Positions 50,908-58,984 of a stretch of DNA of 64,000 nt are shown here, in pieces. The DNA lies in the IMG/VR virus record IMGVR_UViG_3300023174_000034; one strand, given 5' to 3'. The DNA is from a virus (lineage: Duplodnaviria > Heunggongvirae > Uroviricota > Caudoviricetes). A program made the position numbers and the translations under genes. The stretch's first letter is position 1. Every line of letters starts with the position of its first letter. The notes under the pieces were generated by a model that was not told where the DNA came from, made no database searches, and saw only the letters and a list, made by a program, of their open reading frames with translations.

Positions 50908-51007
50908 ACAGCTATTTACTCCAGACCTTTCCAAAGGCACCTGTAACGAGGTTCTTTTGCCAAAACCAAATAAATATCTAAAACGTCATATAAAGGAAAA
51001 AGACGAC

Positions 51008-54000
51008 ATGGCAATCCTAACTTCACCAGGTGTAAGCATCACAGTAACAGACGAAAGTCAGTACGTACCAGCAGGTAACGGCACAGTTCCTCTAATTCTG
51101 TTGGCCACACAAACAAACAAAACCAGTCCTGCAACTGGTACTACCGCGGCCGGTACTACCACTACCAATGCCGGTAAGCTTCTATCATTCACAAGCCAGC
51201 GCGAATTGATCAACTCGCTAGGTTATCCAAGTTTCCGCACCAGCGGCGGCGCATCGTTGCATGGCGACGAGCGTAATGAATATGGTCTACAAGCGGCTTA
51301 TTCAGCACTGGGTTTGGGCAATCAATTGTATGTTATCCGTGCTGATATTGACCTAGATCAATTGACTTCAACTACAGTACGTCCAAAAGGAGAAGTTAGC
51401 AATGGCTTCTTATGGTTGGATCTAGCCAAGACTGATTATGGAGTATTCCAATGGAGCAGTGCCACACAGTCCTACACAAAGATTACTCCTACCATTATCA
51501 CAAGTTCCGGTGATGTTTTGACAGATGCTCTAAACACACCAAAGACCACAGTTGGTCAAGTTGGCACATACGCAGTGGTAGCATATAACGTAAACAATCC
51601 TTTGTTCTACAAAAATGCCAGCAACACATGGGTACCGGTTGGTACAACTGACTGGCAAAAAGCCTGGACAACTGTACAAAGTACATACTCTACCTATGCT
51701 GGTAACGAAGTACTTGCTAACGGTAGCGTAACATTAACAATCAACGGTACTGCAATTTCTATCACTGGCGCCAGCACAAATGCCACTGGAGCAGAAGTTG
51801 TTACTAGCATTAACTCTGCCTTTGCAGCCTCATATGGTGATGGTATTCGCGCAGAAATTGACACCAACGGTCGTTTGGTAATTCGTGCCACCAGTGCCGC
51901 CAAGAGCAATGGCTCAACAGTGGACGGCAAAGTAACTATTACTGCCAGTTCCGGCGCCGCGTCACTTGGCCTAACAGCAGCCACATACTACGCACCAATG
52001 TTGGACTTTGGTTCATATACAGATGTTCCGACATATGCAACTGGCGAAGCTACTCCAGCACCAAGTGGTTCTATCTGGATCAAGACAAGTGCAACTGGCT
52101 CTGGAGCAAGCTGGGCTGTTAAAAAATACAACAGCACAACCGATAGTTGGACCAAACTGGCAGCACCTTTGTATGCCAGCACACAAGAAGCCATTTACGG
52201 CCTAGACAGCCTAAATGGTGGATCAGGAATTGCTGATGGTGCAGTATTTGTTCAGTACAGTTCATTAGATGGTTATCCAGCAACGTTCAAAGTGTTTGAA
52301 CGTAACGGTTCAGGCCAAACTAAAGTAACTGGTGCTGTACCTAGTTCCAACTTTACAGTTGGTCACACATTCACACTAGCAGTATCTGCCGCAGGCAGCA
52401 GTACACTGACAGCTTACACATTCAGTGGTTCTTATGCTGTGGCCGGTACCAGCGTAGACAGCTTTGTTAGTTTGGTTCTTTCACGCAACATTCCAGATGT
52501 TTATGCCGTAAAAGAATCAACTGGTGCAATTAGCTTTATTCATCGTTCAGGCGGCGAGATTGTGTTGATTGACACCACAGTAGGTTCAGGCAATCCAGTT
52601 GCCACAGCAGGTATCACAACCAACACAACCGGTATTGAATACGAGTACGCTGGTACATACACTGGTAGCCTACGTGCCAGCAAGTGGACAGCACTTGGCA
52701 CTGCGCTGACATTCAGCATTGAAACTCCTTACATCGCTCCACCAGCCGGCACATTATGGTACTACGGTAATGCAACTGAAGCTGACGTGATGGTCTGTGG
52801 TAGCAATGGCTGGAAAGGTTATCGTAACGTAACCAGCGATGCACGTGGTTACAACCTAAGCAACTCAGACCCAATGGGTCCAATCTTTAGTCCAACACAA
52901 CCAACACTACAAAGTGACGGCACAAGTTTGGCAGCAGGTGATTTGTGGGTTGACACAGGTGACTTAGAAAACTTTCCATTATTGTATCGTTACAGTGGCA
53001 CTACATGGACAGTGATTGACAAGACTGACAAAGTCAGCCAAAATGGTATCGTATTTGCAGATGCACGATGGGATGCCAGCTTGGATGGCACTGGCGCCAG
53101 TGTCGGCGGCATTGTTGATCCAATCAGTGGTGACTTGCCAGACATTGAAACAATGTTAACAAGCAATTATATCGATCTTGATTGCCCAGATTATCGCTTG
53201 TATCCACGTGGTACATTGCTATGGAACACACGCCGTAACGGCATGAACGTTAAAGAGTATGTGGCTGACAAGTTTACAGCAACCGCTTATCCAGATGCAA
53301 TAGATGATGGTAGTAACATAGTAGGCACAATTCCAACTTATGCAAGTACTTGGAGCAATGCAAGTGGTGTGCAAAGCAATGGCACACCATACCATGGCCA
53401 TAAAGCACAACGTCAAATGGTTGTCAAGGCACTACGCAGTGCAGTTGACAGTAACACAGACGTTCGTGAAGACCAATACAACTTTAATTTGATTGTGTGC
53501 CCTGGTTATCCAGAGTTGATTCCTAACATGGTTTCACTGAACAATGATCGCAATGAAACAGCATTTATCATTGGAGATACACCACTTGACTTGCAACCAA
53601 CTACCACTGCACTAACTGAGTGGAGCAACACAGTCGAAACCAGCGCAAGTGTCTATGCTGGTGTGTACTACCCATCAGGATTGACAAATGATGTAAACGG
53701 CAACGAAATTGTTGTACCACCAAGCCACATGGCATTGCGTACATTCATCTATAGCGATAACATCAGCTATCCTTGGTTTGCACCTGCTGGCACACGCCGC
53801 GGTATTGTTGACAATGCCACAGCAATTGGTTATGTGAACTACACAACTGGTACGTTTGTACGCACTGGTATCACACAAGGCCAGCGTGACTCGCTGTATA
53901 CATTGCGTATCAACCCAATCAGCTTGTTACCAGGTTCTGGCCTAACAGTATACGGTAACAAGACACGTAGCTCAATCGCTCAAAGTACAGACCGTGTGAA

Positions 54001-54313
54001 CGTAAGCCGTTTGACCAACTACATTCGTACAATCCTAACAAGTATCAGCAATGCTTATTTGTTTGAACCAAACGACAAGAGCACACGTGATCAAATCAAA
54101 ACTGCAATTGAAGGTGCAATGAATGATTTGATTGCCAAGCGTGGTATCTATGACTACCTGGTGGTATGTGATACTAGCAACAACACAAGCGCTCGAATTG
54201 CTCGTAACGAGTTGTATGTTGACATTGCTATTGAGCCAATGAAAGATGTTGAATTTATTTACATCCCAATTCGCTTGAAGAACCCAGGTGAAATCGCAAC
54301 GGGCGGTAAGTAA
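51008..54313 (+). CDS. gp18: contractile tail sheath protein with large insertions (~1100 aa)
   Basis: LTSPGVSIT..DES N-terminus; PWFAPAG.RRG, LY..RINPI, DRVNVSRL, LFEPND, VVCD.SNNT, VEFIYIP C-terminus. Start set at ATG 51008, after TAAATA 50971 and the AAGGA SD. Confidence 0.95.
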   Translation: MAILTSPGVSITVTDESQYVPAGNGTVPLILLATQTNKTSPATGTTAAGTTTTNAGKLLSFTSQRELINSLGYPSFRTSGGASLHGDERNEYGLQAAYSALGLGNQLYVIRADIDLDQLTSTTVRPKGEVSNGFLWLDLAKTDYGVFQWSSATQSYTKITPTIITSSGDVLTDALNTPKTTVGQVGTYAVVAYNVNNPLFYKNASNTWVPVGTTDWQKAWTTVQSTYSTYAGNEVLANGSVTLTINGTAISITGASTNATGAEVVTSINSAFAASYGDGIRAEIDTNGRLVIRATSAAKSNGSTVDGKVTITASSGAASLGLTAATYYAPMLDFGSYTDVPTYATGEATPAPSGSIWIKTSATGSGASWAVKKYNSTTDSWTKLAAPLYASTQEAIYGLDSLNGGSGIADGAVFVQYSSLDGYPATFKVFERNGSGQTKVTGAVPSSNFTVGHTFTLAVSAAGSSTLTAYTFSGSYAVAGTSVDSFVSLVLSRNIPDVYAVKESTGAISFIHRSGGEIVLIDTTVGSGNPVATAGITTNTTGIEYEYAGTYTGSLRASKWTALGTALTFSIETPYIAPPAGTLWYYGNATEADVMVCGSNGWKGYRNVTSDARGYNLSNSDPMGPIFSPTQPTLQSDGTSLAAGDLWVDTGDLENFPLLYRYSGTTWTVIDKTDKVSQNGIVFADARWDASLDGTGASVGGIVDPISGDLPDIETMLTSNYIDLDCPDYRLYPRGTLLWNTRRNGMNVKEYVADKFTATAYPDAIDDGSNIVGTIPTYASTWSNASGVQSNGTPYHGHKAQRQMVVKALRSAVDSNTDVREDQYNFNLIVCPGYPELIPNMVSLNNDRNETAFIIGDTPLDLQPTTTALTEWSNTVETSASVYAGVYYPSGLTNDVNGNEIVVPPSHMALRTFIYSDNISYPWFAPAGTRRGIVDNATAIGYVNYTTGTFVRTGITQGQRDSLYTLRINPISLLPGSGLTVYGNKTRSSIAQSTDRVNVSRLTNYIRTILTSISNAYLFEPNDKSTRDQIKTAIEGAMNDLIAKRGIYDYLVVCDTSNNTSARIARNELYVDIAIEPMKDVEFIYIPIRLKNPGEIATGGK

Positions 54314-54323
54314 TAGTGGTACA

Positions 54324-54350
54324 TAATGGAACACCTGGTGTGTTCCATTA
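54324..54350. other. perfect 11-bp inverted repeat between sheath and tube genes
   Basis: TAATGGAACAC-CTGGT-GTGTTCCATTA, with no T tract. Confidence 0.75.
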
Positions 54351-54394
54351 ACTACCCAAAACAAGGTAAATAAGAGTAATAGGAGATTATTAAA

Positions 54395-55009
54395 ATGGCT
54401 GTTGCATCATTATCAAAATTCACAGTACCGTTGGCCACTAACCAAAGTGCGTCAGCACAAGGTCTGTTGATGCCAAAACTGGCCTATAGATTCCGTATCA
54501 CATTTAATGGTTTTGGTGTAAGCAATCCAAAAACTGAATTAACCAAACAAATAATGGACTTCACTCGTCCACAAGTACAGTTTGATGAAATCACAGTTGA
54601 TGCTTATAACAGCCGCGTTAAGTTAATTGGTAAGCCAGCTTGGCAAGACATCACAATTAACTTGCGTGACGACGCACCGGGCAATGTGAGCAGACTCGTA
54701 GGCGAACAACTTCAGAAACAATTTGACTTCATGGAACAAGCTTCGGCTGCTTCTGGTATTGATTACAAATTTATCACAATTTGTGAAATGCTAGACGGTG
54801 GCAATGGTGCCAACACACCTAACGTTCTTGAAACATGGGAAATTTATGGTTGCTTGTTGAGTGCAGTTAACTACGGTGAAATGAACTACACAACAAACGA
54901 TCCGGTTAAAATTGCTTTAACATTGAAGTACGACAATGCTATCCAGACACAGGGTGTTGCTGGTATTGGAGCGGCAATTGGCCGATCACTAGGTACAACA
55001 ATCAACTAA
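54395..55009 (+). CDS. gp19: tail tube protein
   Basis: Directly after the sheath; YRFRI, GK..W.DITI..RDD, W...G...S.V.YG...Y pattern; TAAATA at 54367 and AGGAG SD. Confidence 0.85.
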   Translation: MAVASLSKFTVPLATNQSASAQGLLMPKLAYRFRITFNGFGVSNPKTELTKQIMDFTRPQVQFDEITVDAYNSRVKLIGKPAWQDITINLRDDAPGNVSRLVGEQLQKQFDFMEQASAASGIDYKFITICEMLDGGNGANTPNVLETWEIYGCLLSAVNYGEMNYTTNDPVKIALTLKYDNAIQTQGVAGIGAAIGRSLGTTIN

Positions 55010-55031
55010 TTGTTGCTTAGATGAAAAACTC

Positions 55032-55061
55032 AAAAAGCCTGGAAATACCAGGCTTTTTTTT
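55032..55061 (+). terminator. intrinsic terminator (potentially bidirectional)
   Basis: AAAAAGCCTGG-AAATA-CCAGGCTTTTTTTT. Confidence 0.9.
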
Positions 55062-55092
55062 GTTCATAAATAGTTGATATAAAGGAATTGTT

Positions 55093-57036
55093 ATGGCCGG
55101 TATAATGGATACCATTCTGCAGGGGCTTGCCTCTACAGACAATGTTAAAACGTATCAACATGCTACCCGCATATTTGTGGACAGCAATCTGTTGCGTAGT
55201 CCAAAATATGCATTCCTGTTTTATGTAATTTTTGACTACGATGATTCGGAAAATGGATTAGCTACTCCTGCGAGTCGCGCAGTACAAATAGGCGCACTGT
55301 GTAAGTCTGCACAGCTACCTAAGTTTACCATAGAGACGCAGACCAACAATGCCTACAATAGACAGAACATCACACAGAAACGTATCAAATATGAACCTAT
55401 CAATTTGAAGTTCCACGACGATAGCGATGATATCATTCGAGAGTTTTGGTATGATTACATGAGCTTTTACTACAGAGACAGCGATTATCAAACACCGATT
55501 TATAACCAAGAGCACAAATATTCTGATAGACAAAAAGATACTTGGGGCTACGGCCTGCGTACACAACAAGATGGCGCACCACCCAAAGCTAACGCTTACA
55601 AACCATTGAAAGCCATTCGTATCTATAGTTTCTATAGAAAGCGTTTCAGTGAGTATATGTTGATCAATCCTACCATTACTTCGTTCCGACACGGAGAGCA
55701 CACAAACGAGGGTTCTGGTTTGTTGGAACACGAAATGACTGTGCAGTATGAAGCAGTCAAGTATGCAGTTGGATATGTGTCTTCAGACATATTTGGTGAT
55801 AGCATGTTATTGTTGTATGATCGTGCTCCTAGCTCATTGAGTGCAGGCAGCACCAGGAGCATTTTTGGAGCAGGTGGTTTGGTTGGAACGATTGATAGTA
55901 CTTTCCAAGACTTGGCCAATGGTAACTATGCGGCAGCGTTCTTGAAGATAAATCGTGCTACTCAAACATTCAAAGGAGCAAATCTTGAAGAAGTACTTCG
56001 TGCCGAAAGTGCCGATAACCTACTGAATCGAGCCATGCAACGTGGAACCAATCCATTGAGTACAGTCAATGCACCTTACATTGGAGGTTCAAGTTCGCTA
56101 GGCCTTGGATTGATTGCATATGCCGCGGGCGGAGTGGCACAAACATCGACCACCGGCCAACAAAATAATATTGGACCACAAATAACTATAGCAAGAAGTA
56201 CGCCAGCAAGGATTGATCAAGCCAGTCCGTCGGCCGACTATCGGGCTGTGTCTGGCGGGCAGTATGTTACACAAGCATATAGACCAGTACAACAAAAGCC
56301 ACAGTTTCCTCTGCTACCTACTATTGTGCCAACAGTTAGAAATGGAGTAAGGTCCACAGCAATATCTAATGTAACTGCATCAGAAGTAGCAAGTCAGAAT
56401 ATCAACTTGAATAAATCTAGCACAGTGATAAGTGGATCTAAACAAGGCACTCCTGCAATACAAGTACCTCCTAAAATGCCAACGCTGGCAGATACTGATC
56501 CAGCAGTAATTGGATTGACTATACCAGCAACACTAGACGAAATTGATGGAGCAACTGATACTGCTCGTATTGCAAAATGTAATGCACAACTTCAACGACT
56601 AATGTCAGGCTCTTCGGTACAAAAATTGTTGGCAAATGATCGAGAAAATAAAAGAGCCGCTGATATACTGGTACAAAATGCTTTTACACCTGGCATTGGC
56701 GCATCAACTTATGGCAGTGAAGAAGCTTGGTTGGCCATAAAAGAAACATTGCTAACAAAACTGGAACAGCTTGGCACGCCAGACACTCAAAATATTGTAG
56801 CAGAGTGGACACAACTTAAATTAAAATTACAAGCAGCCGCCGATGCCGGAGACAAAACTACACTAAAAGGATTGCTAGAAGAACTATCAACATTTGGAAA
56901 AACTTTAGCCATACGCTCGGCCTATAAAAATCTAATAGATATGGTGGCATTGTCAAATGACATAGCAAGTATTGCCAACGGTGACGCGGCAACTGCAATT
57001 AGTTTTGATATCAAGAATTACTGGATTACCTCATGA
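55093..57036 (+). CDS. tube-fold baseplate/tail-tube initiator (gp48/gp54-like) with long C-terminal extension
   Basis: KSAQLPKF, NAYNR, YEPINLKFHDD, LINPTITSF.H, M.VQYE resemble a tube-protein paralog; TAAATA at 55067. Confidence 0.6.
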   Translation: MAGIMDTILQGLASTDNVKTYQHATRIFVDSNLLRSPKYAFLFYVIFDYDDSENGLATPASRAVQIGALCKSAQLPKFTIETQTNNAYNRQNITQKRIKYEPINLKFHDDSDDIIREFWYDYMSFYYRDSDYQTPIYNQEHKYSDRQKDTWGYGLRTQQDGAPPKANAYKPLKAIRIYSFYRKRFSEYMLINPTITSFRHGEHTNEGSGLLEHEMTVQYEAVKYAVGYVSSDIFGDSMLLLYDRAPSSLSAGSTRSIFGAGGLVGTIDSTFQDLANGNYAAAFLKINRATQTFKGANLEEVLRAESADNLLNRAMQRGTNPLSTVNAPYIGGSSSLGLGLIAYAAGGVAQTSTTGQQNNIGPQITIARSTPARIDQASPSADYRAVSGGQYVTQAYRPVQQKPQFPLLPTIVPTVRNGVRSTAISNVTASEVASQNINLNKSSTVISGSKQGTPAIQVPPKMPTLADTDPAVIGLTIPATLDEIDGATDTARIAKCNAQLQRLMSGSSVQKLLANDRENKRAADILVQNAFTPGIGASTYGSEEAWLAIKETLLTKLEQLGTPDTQNIVAEWTQLKLKLQAAADAGDKTTLKGLLEELSTFGKTLAIRSAYKNLIDMVALSNDIASIANGDAATAISFDIKNYWITS

Positions 57037-57416
57037 GCTATACCAACAACCTATCAACCCCTGAACTAACACGGACATCTACAGAAAGACAGGATACTGA
57101 CACATACTTTAGTAATGTTTACAAGCCTTTATTCAATGCAAGTCCTGATCAAGCGGCAGCATTACAAACATACTTTGAAGGGGTAACCAATGACAAAGAA
57201 AGTGCAAGGCTATTGACAACGTCTGTGATTTACACAGCACTAAGTCAAAATATAAATCCAATGACTGTGCTGGCGGATTTCAAAAAAATAAATCAAGGCG
57301 AATTAGATTTGTATCTAGCGACCTTTCTTAATTTTAGTCGAGTCAACTCTAGCCTGTTGGGAGTGATTAGCACTCCTGGCATCAACATCTTTGTACAAAG
57401 AAGCGTACTGGCATAA
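57033..57416 (+). CDS. hypothetical protein (tail/baseplate region)
   Basis: 127-aa ORF coupled to the upstream gene by an ATGA overlap. Confidence 0.7.
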   Translation: MSYTNNLSTPELTRTSTERQDTDTYFSNVYKPLFNASPDQAAALQTYFEGVTNDKESARLLTTSVIYTALSQNINPMTVLADFKKINQGELDLYLATFLNFSRVNSSLLGVISTPGINIFVQRSVLA

Positions 57417-57417
57417 A

Positions 57418-57855
57418 ATGGCACGTAACTATGCACAGGGCAAGTTTCAGGTCAAAAACCCGGGCAAGTATATAGGCAAAGGTGCTCCCACATATCGATC
57501 TGGCTGGGAATTTTCGTTCATGCAATTTTGCGATAACAATCCGTCCATCCTGCAATGGGCCAGTGAAGCAATTAACATTCCCTATCGTAATCCGTTCACA
57601 GGCAAAAACACAGTGTATGTTCCAGACTTCTTGATCATTTATGTAAACAACAAAGGCCAAAAGCTGGCTGAAGTAATTGAAGTCAAGCCGTCAACTGAAA
57701 CAACTCTTGAAGCCGCACGTAGTCCACGTGACAGAGCATACGTGGCACTCAATATGGCCAAATGGCAGGCCGCCACAGCATGGTGCCGCAACCAAGGATT
57801 AAAATTTCGAGTGGTTACGGAGAATGAGATTTTCCACCAAGGTAAAAAGCGGTAA
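57418..57855 (+). CDS. gp4: head completion nuclease (TnsA-like fold)
   Basis: GKF..KNPGKY.G, YRSGWE, WASE..IPY, YVPDF, IEVKP, N.AKW.AA. Start at ATG 57418. Confidence 0.9.
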   Translation: MARNYAQGKFQVKNPGKYIGKGAPTYRSGWEFSFMQFCDNNPSILQWASEAINIPYRNPFTGKNTVYVPDFLIIYVNNKGQKLAEVIEVKPSTETTLEAARSPRDRAYVALNMAKWQAATAWCRNQGLKFRVVTENEIFHQGKKR

Positions 57856-57863
57856 ATATCAGC

Positions 57864-58355
57864 ATGACTAAGAAATTAGAACAACTGTTTGATCTGCCCT
57901 CTCTGGAGATAACACCTGACAATCAGGAAGATATACATTCTCACATGGAGCATATAAACGATATCAATGATGCAATTGACAAGATTGATGCGGCTTTGCC
58001 TGGTGTGCGTGATCTAGAAGTTGCAGATGGCGAAATGGACGAACTAGCAACCATGGCCACAGACAAGTTCAATGACCTAATGGATTTGGGCATGAATGTA
58101 GAAGCTCGTTATGCCGGTGCTATTTTCCAAACTGCCGGCGTGTTGCTAGGACATGCTATTACAGCCAAACAGGCAAAGCTAGACAAAAAACTACGCATGG
58201 TAGATCTACAGCTTAAAAAGCTACGGATTGATCAAGTATCACGCAAAGAAGGCACTGCTGAAGTTCCTGTAGACGGGCAAGGTGTGGTTGTGGACCGCAA
58301 TACCCTGCTACGAGAGATACTCCAAGGGCAGGCTAAAAAACCTGCAAACGAATAA
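57864..58355 (+). CDS. probable terminase small subunit (gp16-like)
   Basis: 163 aa, helical hairpin core with a short C-terminal beta/helix tail (VVVDRNTLL); own late box. Assignment rests on size, pattern and context only. Confidence 0.45.
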   Translation: MTKKLEQLFDLPSLEITPDNQEDIHSHMEHINDINDAIDKIDAALPGVRDLEVADGEMDELATMATDKFNDLMDLGMNVEARYAGAIFQTAGVLLGHAITAKQAKLDKKLRMVDLQLKKLRIDQVSRKEGTAEVPVDGQGVVVDRNTLLREILQGQAKKPANE

Positions 58356-58376
58356 ATACTGCAATAGGATCCGGAC

Positions 58377-58982
58377 ATGAAAGCATTTAAGGCATATCTT
58401 ACAGAAAGCAAGCGCACATACGATTTTCGTGTGCGTATAGCCAACTGCGATTTGACTTCAGATTTACTAGACAAAATTGAGCTTGGACTCAAAGCATTTG
58501 ATCTAGCTGATATCACGAAGCCAAAAAGTCAACCAGTGACTCACTGCAATGAATTTGCGGCGCTAGGTCCGGTTGCACGAGAACAGTTTGAAATCAAACT
58601 AAATTACCCAACTACCAATGAAGGTGTACGTTCTTGCATACATCGTTGTAGTGGTATTCCTGAACAGCAGATTGTAGTGCGTGGAGTGATGGAAGACGAT
58701 ATGGTCACTGACGAGACCAGCGGCGATATGTCAGTTAACATTGGCAACGACGAATTAAAAGATCAACCAGGCGCCCAGGAACATGTTGGCACCAAGCGCA
58801 AAGAAAGTTTGCTAAAGCAATTGATTGCTGACCGCACAGAGCCAACACAACAAACTGGCGTGAATGACCAAATCCTGGCCAAGTCTCTGCACAAAGAGAC
58901 AGCCCCCAAAGCTGATGCTACACAAAACAATACTAGTCCTGTGAGCAAGCCCAAACACAAGATAAACCCACGAGGAAAATAA
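58377..58982 (+). CDS. hypothetical protein, probable capsid-targeted internal protein
   Basis: MKAFKAYLTES resembles the T4 capsid targeting sequence MKTYQEFIAE; TAAATA at 58353. Confidence 0.65.
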   Translation: MKAFKAYLTESKRTYDFRVRIANCDLTSDLLDKIELGLKAFDLADITKPKSQPVTHCNEFAALGPVAREQFEIKLNYPTTNEGVRSCIHRCSGIPEQQIVVRGVMEDDMVTDETSGDMSVNIGNDELKDQPGAQEHVGTKRKESLLKQLIADRTEPTQQTGVNDQILAKSLHKETAPKADATQNNTSPVSKPKHKINPRGK

Positions 58983-58984
58983 AC

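Noticed and set aside
48609-51007. Longer starts given by the ORF track (48609, 50876, 50940; also 43360 and 57391)
   Set aside because: They overlap neighbouring genes or lie upstream of the promoter box and SD; internal ATGs at 48720, 51008, 50907, 43321 and 57418 fit better.
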